NCBI GenBank assembly: GCA_046563655.1
Contig: CM102283.1
Span: forward strand, 8,680,001 to 8,744,000
Length of the DNA stretch: 64,000 nt
Source of the DNA: Yuukianura sp. NJ FZ-2021
Taxonomy: Eukaryota
Reading direction: 5' to 3'
The position numbers were made by a program, and so were the translations under genes. Below, piece after piece: positions 1 through 14,000 of this stretch (positions are counted from its first letter, which is position 1; each line of letters opens with the position of its first letter). The notes below the pieces were generated by a model, which saw only the letters and a list, made by a program, of their open reading frames with translations, had not been told where the DNA came from and searched no databases.

Positions 1-3000
1 AGGAAAAATAATTTTTGTTTAAATCGTTTCGCCGAATTTTAGCTAAAAAGTTAATCGCAAACGCTTCAAGATTTCATTGATGTTAGTTTTTATAGCACAG
101 ATCATTAAACATATCATGGAGTGTATGACTACTGGAACTTCAGTTCAGGATTTCTGGACGATTGGACATACATTTCAAGCCTTTTTGGACACGAACATAA
201 CACAGCACTGTATAGATTTAGACATGTGCACGTCCATTTGACTTTTCTAAAGTCCATAAGCTCATAACTCATCTTTTTTCTATTCCTTTCAACCATTTTT
301 TATATTCTTTCAACTTTTTTTTTATATTCTTGGCCCGCGCTTTTATTTAAATTATTCAGGAAGCATGCAACGAGCACCTTACACTTTTCCCATCGTCTTC
401 TGTGCCTTATTCCAACTTAAAAATGGAGTCTCATAGCCATTGTCTTCTGGAAATTTTGAAAAAAAAAATTCGCGGGTAAAAGCTTCCCTTTGTTCAGTGT
501 GTGGCACGTCAGAAGAGATGCTGATTGATAACTTTCGTTTTCAAAAAACTGAAAAAAGAGAAAAGAGATTTCAGATTTTCTGATCGTTTACTTTCTCTTT
601 TTTTCATTTTTTGAAAAAACTAGTTTTTTCCGGGTGCTCAACTTGATACAAAATCAATTCTGAAATGAAAATCCATCTAAGCTGCACCTCTTCAAATAAT
701 GGTTGTAATGAGGTCGTACATCACACCGCCAGCTTCTGTTTTTTTAGTTTCGTTTTTTCGAAACCCATTTTCAAAAAAAAAGAGCGGGATTTTAGGATCA
801 TAAAGTGTTTATGGTCGGATTTACTCTGGCGAAAAATCATAAAGATTGAAAAATCTAAAGGTGGAAACTATTCGAAACAAAAAGTGTTTAGCGACTTTTT
901 TTTTGAAAAAGTTTTTTTTTGTGAGTAAATCGCTGCTCATAACTCAAAGTTTCTGAAAATCAGGCGATGAGCTCCACCCACTCGACATTATATTGACTTG
1001 GCCAGTGTTTTAGTCCTACTGTTCACTATTTGCGTGGAATCAATGAAGAGAAGGGAGGCATTAGTCTTTGTCATTGCTTGTCCAAAGTACCCGTGTCCAG
1101 AGAGCCCTTGTCGCCATGGTCACTTGTCAAGAAATATTTGAACCTGTCACATGAAAAACAACCAAAAGGACTTAGACCAAATCGAACCATTTCTTACAGA
1201 AGTGGGACATCGGAGTAAGTCTAAGCAGTGGACTCAACATTAGTCACATTTTGAGTCGTTTCCAATAAATTATTTTACGAAAAAGTTTCTGCGCATGCTC
1301 AAATTCAATGCTAAACCTCACCCCCGCCTAACTCTTTAGCAATTCCAGACCAAGGACGAAGAAAAACATCCAAAATCTACAAGATATTGACTTGCTAAAA
1401 TTTTTTGGAACCGAAAAAGGCCTCCCGCGGGGCTCTATTTTAATAAAAAAAACTGTTTGTAAATGTTAACATTTTTTTGAAAAAAAAAAAAACTTACAAT
1501 CTCCTTTTTCATTTATACTAAAAACCAAGGGTAAACTTGAGCTCCAGCGGTGTTTACTCTAAAAATTGCCAAAATTTTGTAATTTTTGAAATTCAGCATT
1601 CTGTTTTTTATGGTCTCTCAAATCCAATTTGTACTGAAAAGCATGAGATTTTGAAAAAAAAATGCCAAAATAACAACGAAACATGGTTTTCTGACCTTCT
1701 AAAACTACAAAAAGCGCGCCAGAAGATGAACTCCCGGATGAACAATTTGAAATTGGCATTTCCCGCTTTTTTCCAGATTTCGGCTAGCGCATTTTGTAAT
1801 TCACGTAAAAACTTTTACTCCATTTGAGCACCGTTACTTTCACCACACACAAAAAAATAAACAACGTTTTCTCTTATTCATTTCCCAATTGGGAAAGCCT
1901 ATATGGAACTCATCAACAAAAACTACTCACAAATTTATAAACGGTCTGCTTGAAATGGCAACATTTTCGAAAAAAGAAACTTTCAAAAACGAAAATGGCC
2001 GAGAGCCAATGCCTTTGCCACTCCGAATTCCAAATTCAACAAAAGTTTTTCTAAATTTGTTTTTTTAATAATCTTAATCTAAAAGTGCTAAAAGTAGAAC
2101 AGCTTTACAACAACACTCCGCTTCGTCTGGAAATTCAATTACATCTTGAGACTTAAAAAAAAAGAGAAAGCAGTGGCGAGAAAAAGTGGAGAAAATTCAC
2201 TTAAAAATTCCATTTTCATACTTTCCCTCCCTCTCACTTTACTTTTTTAAGTCATAATCAGTTTTAAGAATAAAAGGAAAGTAAGTGTGTAGTAAGCAGT
2301 TACGAGACAAAAGCATCTCAAAGAATGAACTTTTTATCTTATTAATGGACCCCCAGACCTTCTGCAACATTTCCGAGGAACAAAATAGAAAAATTTTGAA
2401 AAAAGAGAAAGTTTTGAACTTTTTGTTCCAAAAGACAAAAAACTGGAAGATCCAAAAACATGACATAATGTAACATAATGAGAGAGGGGTGAAACTAATT
2501 TGTCCAAAAAAAGAGAAAGGAAGAGCGGAAAAGAAAAATTGATCAAACAATTTTTAGACAAAAGAATACAAAATTCATAAATTACAAAACTGTCAATTTT
2601 CCTGCAAAAAACGAAACTCCAGTTTTGAAAAATTGGGAAATAATGAAGGGTTTTGTTGATTACTTGGAAGGATTGAAACTATATACAAGCGGGAAAATTT
2701 AAATTTTAGCGCCTCTGCGTGTCTCAACAAAGTTTTTAGTTGGTTTTAGTCCAAAAAGCTTGGGATTCGGAAACTCCTTCTCCACCTGTCTGCATATCCT
2801 CTGCGTGTTTCCGGAGATTGACATTTTTTGGCGGGAACGCCGTACGGTAACGATTTTTTGCATTTCTGTTGCTTATTTGCTTCTTTTGGTTTAATAAAAT
2901 AACAATCGATTTTTTTCTGGAAGAAAAATGGATGACGAAAATGTCAAATCTATGCAAAAGAAAAAAGTAAATCCGGGCTTTTTAGAATAAGTTTCTTGAA

Positions 3001-6000
3001 AAAGCTCTGAATCAGCATCCCTTCATCAGCGTCGAGGATGAGGTTTTTATTTTTTAAATTTTTTGAAAACGAGAGGAAAGAAGGACGGGAAAATTTTTCA
3101 AATTTGTAGACAAAAAATTTTTCCAATTTTTTTTTCATCTTCACGAAATAATCCTCTTCCGAGTGTCCAAATCATCAAAAAACAAAAATTCAAAGAAATT
3201 GTATCAAAATTTTGAAAATGTGAAAGGAAGATGATTGGAATTAGAAAGCAGGAAAATTCAAAATTTAACTAACAAATTGAAAATCCAAAAGACTATAACT
3301 TTTTATATTAGTTGTTAGGCTAATAAGTTAGGTTTGAGTTTATTGTTGGGTAATCAGGGAGAAAGTGGGTTGAATAATTCAAAAGAAAGCGTAAGAATAG
3401 CCTTAATAGGAAAAGGAAGTGCCATTGTTTGATTCCATTAGACGGTAGGTACTTATTTTAGTTAGTAGACGAATGACGACACTTTGTACCAACTTGGAGA
3501 CGGGAGGGAGTCTATGTCTTTTCAAATTTTCCCTCCAATTTGACTCGGCTGTCATCTTGGCCCGTAGTCTCATGTCTCCCCTGATTAAAAATTGAGCCAC
3601 TTTCTCCCTCTGTCTCCGTTCTCACATTCATCTTCTCATCATTTCCTATTCTACTTTTTCACTCTGATTTCTATCTGTCGTCTCCCCACTTTACTCTATC
3701 TGAATTTTAAAAAGTCTCAAAATGTTTTAAAAAACACAAGCTGTTTGAACAGGGTTGGTGCGAACCCGGTTCACGTGCTTTAACTTGGCGCCGGAATTCA
3801 AAAAATTGTCAAATGTCGCGGCGGAAAAAAAAGTTGCCGTGTTAAAGGTTTTCACCGTTTTTAAAATTTTTGTTTCGGTTTTCTTTACATTTGACAAAGT
3901 TTATTTATTAGTTAGCGTTGTGCAATAATTGTTTCGGAAACAAAATTTTTGTGCGAAATTATTCCATTTTGAGTGAAAGTTTTTAAATTTCCCGGGAATT
4001 CATTTTCAGAAACTGATGAACCCTGTTTTTTGCATTTTTTTTTTGAAAAAATCTTTCCCGCCACAATATGCCTCCAAATATTTCCTGTCAATAAGAATTC
4101 AAACAGGAGCGAGATGATGTTGATGGAAGTGTGGAGAAAGGAAATTCAAGTTCTTTATGATTTCTGAAATTTGACACTTTCTCCTTCACTTTCTCGGTTC
4201 AAAAAGAAGGCAAAAACAGAAAAAGTGTGATAGACGCCACTTTTGTAAAATTGACAAGAGAAGCGTGCCAATTGGAATTGTCCCACGGTTACTTCCACCT
4301 TGGAAGTCCAACACTCTTATGTCAAGTACTATGACTTGGAGTGAATTTGTTTTGGGTAAGATTACGTTGGATCCAGGAGATATCCAGACAAGATGGATTG
4401 TTCGGAGTAACCTCAGCGGAAATCCGTTGGTCTTTCTATTCGGATCTTCTGGACTAGTTACCTGACACTTCTGGATGGACTTGGACAGGGGAAGGAGGAA
4501 CACACAGTCCATTAAACAGGCAATCAGAGATCACTCAGCCTCAACATCTCCAGGAAATCTCAAATTCACATCTCACACCTTCAGAAAGTTGGCTTGAGGC
4601 TCTCACCTCTGCGCCCCCTCTGTGGCTGAGTGAAGTGAAAGTGCCAAAGAGAAAGCATCACCCCACAGCAGGAGATTCACTTTTCAACGCCAAAAGTCAC
4701 GTAAGAAAACCCGGTTTTCGAAAAAGGCGGGAAAAAGTAAGAGCAGAAATAAAAAGACCATAAAATCCCAATAAACACACACTTAGGCAAGACACCCTCA
4801 AAATTGCATTGAGCCACGCACTTCCGCTAATTCTGTTGAATTACAAAAATTACTTTGCGGGCCAACTTTTTCTTAACTACGATGTTTCCGTTTTCCCAAA
4901 AAAAAAATGTTAGTTTTTTTTTTAAAAGAACTTTGGGTTTGCATCATTTTTTGGTTTTCGACTACTTTTTGGTTGGAAAATTGAATTTTAAGAAGGAGGG
5001 GGAGGTAACACATAATGCAAAATGCAACTGTGAGTTGAATGCTGAATTTGACAAGATTTTCGAAAAAAAAAGATTTAAAAAACAGAGTCAGATTCGTGAC
5101 TCGTATGTAAATGACTGATTTCCTGAAATTAGAAAAGAAAAACTTTCGTATCAAACAGCAGCAGGAAATGAACTTTTTGAAACTTTTTTTTTATTAAACT
5201 CATTTTGATAGCTGGAGCTGTGTAGAATTCTTTTTGATTTGATTTTTGTTGTTTCGTGTTTTTTTTAAAGTTGCAAAGAGAAAGCACGATCATCTTACTA
5301 ACTTTTTCTGTTACTTTTACTTTCTCTTTGACTTTTGGATGAGCTTAAAGTTTTTTCTAGCTGAGCTGAAAATTTTCCTTTTTCAGAAAAAGTTTCTTTT
5401 TTTCAAAAAGTTTTTTTCAAAAGTAATTTGTGCGTTATCTCGGTTGTGCGTTTGGTGAGTGGATCTTTTTTATTAGCATTTCTTGATTCTTCCTAAATGA
5501 CTAAATCTGTTTTGATGGGCTCTTAGGAAAGAGTTTTCTTGTGCGTTGCCACCGTGTAGCCACCTAGCACTTTCGGTGTAGCCACCACCTTAAGTCTTTT
5601 GTAGTTATTAATTCTAATAGGCTTTCTCTCGGAATCAATCAGCACTTCCATGAATCAGCAGGTTCAATTGGCACAGGAGTTTGAGACTTTTGAGAAGCAT
5701 CTTCAGCAGATAGGCTACTAGACTCGCTGTAATTGGAATGAATGGCGTTTGAGAAGGGAACAGCCGATGGTTGCTATTGGCAAGTCGCCATTGGACACTC
5801 TCCAGCACCATCACTTCACTCTACAACCTCCCCTCAGTACTTAACTGACACTTGTACACCATGGTCCACTCTAAAATACACAAAAGTCAACTCAAAACCG
5901 TAGCAAATCTAACGTAAACTTAAAAAAAAAATCAACTTTCTGCACAAATTTGAAACTCACAGAAAAAGAAATTCACAAAATCTCTGCAAAACACGGAAAC

Positions 6001-9000
6001 ACAAATTCATTTCTAAAAATTTGGCTGCACTTTAACCCAAAACTCAACACGAAAGCAAAAGTTATGCAAATTTCAAAATTGAATTTGATTTCATTTCAAA
6101 TTTGAAAAATTACCATTTCCGCCACTTACAATAGACGCTATTTCGTGCTTCGTTTTGGTTAGTACGAGAGAAATGTGGAACAAAATTTGTGTTTAAATTT
6201 TTTTGCACGTTTTTTTAGCTCCAGGTCATTTTGAATCACGGTGTACTTGGAGACAGCGGACGTCTGGTGGAGTGAGTGAAGAAATGACCCAGGAGACCTG
6301 GATTTGTGCTGGACTCTGCTCGATAGAAAAAGACTTCCCCGCTAATAACTGCTTCAGCACCAATAACAACCCACTTCAAGATGGACTTGAGACACTTCCA
6401 GAACAGGACAAGAGCCTCACTTCACCAAAAATAAATCTCAAAAAATCAGATATGGCAACAAGCTACTCCTCAACAAACAACCAAAAGTGGAACCTTTTCA
6501 TCCAAAAAAAGAGAAAAGTTGCAAAAAATTTGGCGAATATTTCCATTTCCGTGGCTTATCCTCCTCTCCCATCCAAGAATAACTTTCTCCTTTCTCTTTT
6601 GCAATATTTGCCAAAAATACTACTATAACTCCCTCCTCTGGTCCATTTTCCTTTCACTTTTCAAAATGGCATGAGACTAAACTAGTCTCGCATGGGAAAA
6701 ACTTGTTTAGTCCCACATGGAAAGAAGATTCTTGCAAAGGAGTTGCTTTCATCAGTAGGAAAAACTCATTTCTTGACACAAAAGAACCAAAAAAAAAGTT
6801 GTAGAATAAGATATTTTTTGGGTTTAGGTTTGCTTTTTTGAAAATCCTTTTGGCTATTGGCCAGCCCTAACCCTCCTCCCTCATTACCCTGAAACTGGGT
6901 TCTTTCTACTGCAACTGTCCCGTGTCCGGAGAGAAAGTTACTTTGTCCCATGTTTATGGAAATTTAGTCGAGAAATCGGAGAGTTACGGAGAAAGTCTCA
7001 TCTTGCCCCGGTTTGCTACAAGAGACTTTCCTCATCCCTATCCCGTATCCAGTGGAGAGGACAATGGGAGGACTAGGAAAGAATGGATCCCGGAAAACAT
7101 GATTTAGGACAAGGATTTCAGTTCCAAGAAAAAGACTGAATTACACACATACACACACATAGTATACAGGGGGAGGCTAAAAGAAAGCCAAAACCCCAAA
7201 AAAGTTGGTATAATGGACATGGACGGAAGGGGAGGGAGGCAGGACGTCCATGGACGGAAATCCGTCCACCGGAGAAAACAAAGATTAGAGAAAATTACTC
7301 TGGACGGAACTTTTTCGACAATGGTATCCCATGGAAACCCGGAGATTAGACCATGTGATATCCGTCCATGTCAAGAAAGTTACGTCCATGGACAGGTTGA
7401 GACGGAAAAATCCGTCCATGGACGACCAGGTATGGACGGGGAGCGGGGAAGTCTAAATATATGACAATGGAGAAAGTGCAGGGAGGATCCCTGTGACTTC
7501 CAGAATCTTTTTAAGTTGGAGTCAAATTCTTCCGGAATTCTTCACTTTTGTCTTGTCCGGGAACGGGGGAAGAGAAAGTGCCTTTTTAAGGGAACAAGAA
7601 AAAGTATGGTAGTAAGTTTCAGATTTTGTGAAATTTGAGAATAAGGCGGTTGAACATGATGGTGGTTCGGATGAAGCGGCGAGGAGCAGTAGGGGGTTCA
7701 TGTTTTCTAATTTTGAAAATTCCCCTCCATTTCTCCGTAGTGAAATAAATAGTCAATTAGGAACTTTAGTTGAGAAAGTAGAGATGGAGGGTGAGTAATT
7801 TGGGGGTTGTGTAAGCGTGAGATTGATTTCCGAGTTCCGATTCTTGACAGACGAAGTGACAGGAGAGGACCAAGAAGTTGAATGTCTTGGACTACTTTGG
7901 TTCTAACAGAAGTACTTCAGAGTCACGTGAACTTATACGTTCCTAAAATACTTTCTCCAGGTGAAAAAGTTCCGTAGAGAACCCACTAAGGAAAGGTTAA
8001 GAGAACAAAAAAGAAGCTGGGAAAGAAAAAAAACTGGAAAACTAACCGCGGATTTCAATTTTTTCAAAAAGAAAGTTCAGTGAAAGTCGAACCAACAAAA
8101 AAAAAACAACAAAGCAGCAAAAATTGTAAACACCGAAGGGATAATATCAATAAGTCAAAAAAAAAAAAAACTTTCACCAACTTTCACTTTCTTTGAAAAA
8201 CCGCGAACTTTTTTTATTCAAATTTTCTTTCTCCAAATTTTTTTTATACTACTATGTAACATATAGGCAACTTTTTCTGAAATTCAAAAAATATTTTTTT
8301 ATTTGAATTCTAGAATGACTGGTACAGCAAAATTTTAAGTTTTTTGAAGTGATGAGGATTTATTTTTGAATAATTTTTATTCTGAAGCAGCGACAGGCGG
8401 ATTTAGCCAAAATTTGAATAACTTTTTTGTCTCCCGCGCTTTTTTTAAGGGTGGGGGTAAAAAATCGGTGGGGGGAGGGGAAAACCAATAGTTTATTGTG
8501 GCGCTTTTGGGGGAATTGATTGACTCCATTGATTAACCCACTTCTTCACTACTACTACGGGACAGGACAGGTTGAGATAACCCACTCCTGGGAAAAGAAA
8601 GGAATGCGGCTAACTTAGAACACAAGAAAATGTTATACCGGTGTGACCAAAGTTAGTTCTGGACTTTTACACATGTAGTCCCACTTCCCACATGTAGTCC
8701 CATGCTCTCTACGTGCACTTCCTGCTTCCTTACAAACAGTTCAAATCTTAAGTGGACCTGGAGAAAGTGCAAAATCAAAGGAAGTTCGAGGAAGGTTACT
8801 TTTAAAACTCTGATTTGAAAACCTTATACTTTTGTAGTAACTATCACAAATGGGTGGGTACTGATAAGCGGAAGTGGCGGTGGGGCCGGTCCCACCGTGG
8901 CGGACTTTACTTTAAGTGGTCCACCAAACTTTCCTAAACTTCAGTTTCTCTTTTTTACTTTCACCAGACTTTACAACCCTAACCCAATATTTCCCATTTT

Positions 9001-11030
9001 CATCGATTTTTACCTTGTTTCCAAATTTTCATCGATTGTTTTCACTTCTCTCGTCAAAACCAACAAATTACTAAAAATTGCCTAAATCCAACAGAACAAA
9101 ATGGAAAAAAATAACAAAATAGTTAATTTATTTACTTAACCTAACCTGCAATTAACTTCTAAACACGAACGTCTGGCGTTAATTATCTTAATTTATTTTC
9201 GTCTTTAATCAAACTCTGTGTATTTTGAATAATGAAGCCAAAATAGAATCCTATTGATTAATCGAATTTGGAGTAAACAGGAGCCGAATTAATTCCCAAG
9301 CTCTACTTAATTCTAAATACTTCCTGGAACGAGCAGCAAAATCCACATTCATTATCTGAAAAATTTGAATCTGATTAAAACTTTTGTAAAAATACAAATC
9401 GGAAACCGATTTTGATCGATTAAAATCACCTCCAATGTCCCATCTCTACAAAGTTCTTTTCCCTAGAGTAAAAGGGGCTATTGGACCCCACTAGAAAGAT
9501 TGGAGATGCATTAGAGCGGGATTTATGGGGAGTGATAGGCCACAGACCCTCGTGGAATTGACGACTTTACTATGACTGTGGCGGGGACTTTCAAATTCAA
9601 AATCCAAACCTTGGTCGTGGTGGTACTGGTGGTTGCGTGAGCCCCGCCGTGGTGGGGCATGGTGGGAATCGGAGCAGTTGTTACGGTGGGGTTCATTTGT
9701 GAGTCTCTGGGTGATTTCCCCTGAGTTTCTAAAAGCAGGAAGGTTCGGGTGTCACTTTAAGAAATTTACAAGTGAGAAGTGACCAACCGACGGTTAAAGA
9801 AAAAAATTGAGAAAAGTATTAAAAGAAATCGAGGTCACGCACTTTCACTTTCCACGGTCCATCACTTCAGTATGTTCGAAAAACGAAAAAAAAAACTCGG
9901 TCATTTCGAAATTTTGACCTTGAAACTTTCTATTGAAATTTACTTATTCAGTTTTATGGCTATGGAAAAAGCAATTAAGGTATTGAGAACTTTAATCTAA
10001 AGGTTTTCAGCACGAGTTGAATAATTTCATCATTTTCAGCAAAAAGAAAATTTTCATAATGAAATTTGTGTGTCAATCGCCTCTCAAAAATGGGACACTT
10101 AAAATCGATTCCACCAGTTTTTGGCCATTTGAAAAAATTCAAATTCCCGCAAAAATGGTTTTTCTTTCCTGCAGTTGTGAAATCTTCCAAAATCTGCAAA
10201 AGATTACATCATTTCAGCTTTTTTCTCAAATTTTACATAATTTTGTTGAATTGACCCCATTTTGAGACAATTTACAAAGAAAATGGAAAACGGAAAAGCC
10301 GGAGGACGAAAAAGTGAAAAGATTTTCCGCTTTTTTCGAGATGTGGAAAAGCGAGTGTCAATTTGTCTCTGTTGTGGTGAAAGTTACCCATGCGACCTGC
10401 CAAAGCCACCTTATTGCCCCACCCCTTCAAGGGGGGGGTTCCTAAGAGGGGGGGGTTCAGGAGTGCACTTTGGCGGTGAAAGTCATTTTGAACTGTTCCC
10501 GCTTTTCGAGCGGCCTCAACACGGCCACTATTGGAACACGGTTTGAATCCATTTGGTTATTTATGTCCCACCGTCTTTTTTTTCACGGTGCCTCTTTGGA
10601 CGGTTTGGCGGATGAAGAAAGGCTAAAAATGGGTTAGAGGGGAAAGCCTAATGAAAGGAGACAGACATCAATTCTTATCCTTTGTTAATGGGCTCTTTGC
10701 AAGAGGCTCTCTCCATAACTCCCCACCCACCACCCAAAAAACAACCCCGTTTCCCGCCACTTTGTGCCCCACCACTTCTGCCCCGCCGCGACGGAGGGTG
10801 GGGGAAGGCAGGGTGCTTTCTCCAGGAGAAAGTCGCTCTCACTCGTCCAACAGACAGAGAAGGAGACGGAGTGAATCCAAAGGTAGTAAGAGTGCTTGTG
10901 GTTTGTTTCAAGGCGACATCAGCTGACCCACCGTGGTCATGGCCCCACCGTGCCCCACCATCGTTGTGTCCCACCAGGATCAGTGCTGAGGGAGGTTCGA
11001 ATGTTGCGCCTCAGTCAGAAGAGTAGAACG

Positions 11031-14000
11031 ATGATGGATGCAATTGGCGGGATCAGGGCTCTATTGAAATGGGAGTCATCACGTCCTGACAACTTTGTCT
11101 TCCGCCTTCACTACAAAGTCTCCTTTGGGTGCCTCCTCGTCTGTTCATTCATTGTCTCCGCCAAGCAGTACGTTTTTAAAATTTTTTCAAAATTTTGAAC
11201 AAAAAGTTGTTTTTGAACATTTTTAGAACAATAGACAGTGTAGAGTTTCAAGGTAGGATGGTTTAAATACAAATTTCCAGCATTAGGAGGTTCAACAAAG
11301 TCGTCGAAATCCGATAAATCCGGAAACTCACAAATTGTTTTTGAATTTCCAAAAAGTTAGAGTTTCAGTCATCGGAAATTTTGAAATTTTGACATCATTT
11401 GCAAAAACAAAGCCACCCGATCCCGAAGTTTAACTTGAAAATTTTCTTTTCACAAATATCACCTTTGTTTTTGTTTTTTTAGTGGCACTAAATTTTGCTT
11501 TTCCACAAATGTGAACAAAAAATTGAAAATTGAAAAATGTGACTGTGTGACACCTGATTTAAATTGTTTGAGTGTCGCATTTCGAACACTTATAAGTTTT
11601 TTTTTTCAAAATTTCCTCGTTTTTTGCAAATTTTTTATTTGTTGAAGGTTATGGTTTTTGAGGAAAAAAACGTTTTAATTTGAAATTTTGACCTCGATAG
11701 AGATGAGTCACATCCGCACATCAAAAGCAGCCTTTGCTTTGCCTTTGCTTCAAAGCCTATCGCTCCCATAAATTTTCTAGTTTTCACTTTTGGAAGAAAC
11801 GACAATCTGAAAACAAAATCTTAACGGCTTTGTTCTTGTTTTCGATTCAAAACAAGAAAAAACGAAAAAAGGGCGGTCATATTTCATTGACAAAGTAAAT
11901 ACGCGTGGCCTACTATATGAAACCTTATGAAAAAAGTGCTAGAGAGAATCCATGCAATAAATTTTGCACACCAAAATTCTTTTTTGCCAATATTGGCTTG
12001 ATATAGAGGGAAGCAAGGTTAATCAATTTTTGATTGACACTTGTGCACCCGCCCACCCCCAAGAACAGTTTTTTAGTTCACCTAAATAACAGTACTGCTA
12101 AAACATACTGTCGTTTACTGTTTCACTTTTGTTCCAATTTCTAAAAAAAAATTGTCCCAATTTCCAAATTTTCTAATCAATCCAATGACTTTTGGCCTCA
12201 TTCTGTCCATAAGACGCTGCCCTTTCCCACGTTTACTTTTCCAAAAAAAAAAAAATATGTTGTCAACACAAAATTTTCTATAATAATTTTTTTTCGTAGG
12301 ATTTGACATTTCGTTTTCCAGAACCTCTGATTAAGTTACATTTCAAAAAAAAAAATTCCGCCAAATTCTAATTTTTATCAAATTCTATCATTTTGAACCT
12401 TGCTTTGTCCAAATCGTTGGTATTATAAGAGAAGAAAATGGAAGCATTAAAACTGAATAAAATTGGTTTCATAAAAAGAAAATTTTTGTGTTTTTTTTTC
12501 TATGGATTTGAAATTTTGAATCCAAAATTTCCCATTTTTGGTAAACATTTCACATTTCCTGTTAAGACAGCAAATAATATTAAACTTCAACATGAAATGA
12601 ACTTATCAGCAACCGACAAGGTTACACAACTAGACCAGACTAAAAATTGTTTTTACATCTTTTTAGAAATTTTGAACTTTTTTGAAAATTTTGGCTTTTT
12701 TGAAATTTTGAACAGGTATGTAGGTGAGCCGATTGTGTGCATAACGACACCAGCAGTTGAGCGCCTAATAGACCAATACTGTTGGATCCATTCCACTTTC
12801 ACCGTCATGCGCCCTGACAAGTACGGACGGCTCACTTACTTTGCCGGATCAGGTAAAAGTAGAGTCAATTGATTTAGTAGGTTAATCTTAATTGAACCAA
12901 AGATGACACTTTTGTATCAATTTTCTGACCATGGCATGCCCAAGGTGCTTCTCGTCACCCGTCCATCACTTATCTCCACTCCATCTTCCTGGCTCCACCA
13001 ATCACAAATCGCGTGCAACTCCTAACTGAACTTGGTTCTACTTTGTAATGTGAATCAATTTCCAAAAGTGGCAGAGGGAATAATTGATAAGTTTTGGGGA
13101 TTGAGTCGTCACGCGACTCCGTCTGCCCAAATCCTAACTTTTTCTTTTAATTTCTTACTGTACACAAAAACCTAAACAAAAGTAAAAGTAAAAGCTGTAA
13201 GTCCCACTTGGTCCAACCCCCAAAAAGAAACTACTTTATTAAAATCCTCTCATCCGGAAGATCACAATCCATAATTCAGCACAAGGACTTCAAAACTTTC
13301 CCTAATTGGATTTCCTCCGATTCCTATCCGCTTCTGTTTCCTTACTTTTCTGACGGATTCTGACGAAAAGGCACCCCCTTCTTCCTCTGTTCAACTCTAA
13401 GGGCCCCCCTGATCCCCCAAGGGCCCCTGTGTTTCTAGAACAAAGAATATGGACACAATAGGCTAGTTTTTGTTAGTCTTTTCTAAATTAAGATTAAGGT
13501 CACCTGGGAAAAGTTATAACTTTGCCCAAAGATTTTCATTTAACTTTACTTTTTTCTTTAGTTTTAGTTTTTTTGGAAAATCTAGTCTTTTCATGGTGGA
13601 AAAGTTTAGGTTAGGGTTTTCTTTACGTTAGGTTCTGAACGTAGTCGTTTTCAAGCTGTGACTACACCCATGTTCAATTTCTTCGTGAGTGACATTTTGT
13701 TCTGCTCGACCAAGTTTTGTGCTAACCGTCTCCAGTTTTCTTTTTAAAAAGTTTAAAACCAACTTTCTCATTTTCAATATAATATCAACTTTTAACAAGC
13801 TTTTTCTAAGGATTTCTAACATTAGGCGACAAATCCTCAGTTTTTGTTCAAAAATTTGGATTGACTCTGGGGAGAAATCTCTTTCTTTCTCTTTCATGCA
13901 AAAGTGATGATGAATTCATTAGTCTCGGGATAAAGCCATTTCTAACAAAAAAAAAATTCAGAAAAAAAAATGAAATTTTGAATCCGAACTTTCACAATCC

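Noticed and set aside
101-241. Possible terminal exon (IIKHIMECMTTG...DMCTSI*) of a gene outside the window
   Set aside because: There is an acceptor and a short open frame but no recognisable motif; too little to support.
538-618. A/T-rich inverted repeat
   Set aside because: Complementarity comes mostly from homopolymer runs, which is expected by chance at this base composition.
5770-5784. X-box-like GTTGCTATTGGCAAG
   Set aside because: Imperfect spacer and end, and no identifiable gene start nearby.
665-10546. Many 60-140 aa ORFs in the ORF track
   Set aside because: Phe/Lys-rich translations of poly-T/poly-A tracts, often with non-ATG starts, and no motifs or consistent exon chains.
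10651-11026. Overlapping GC-rich ORFs upstream of the innexin
   Set aside because: Best explained as 5'-UTR/promoter sequence; innexin similarity begins at MMDAIGG (11031).
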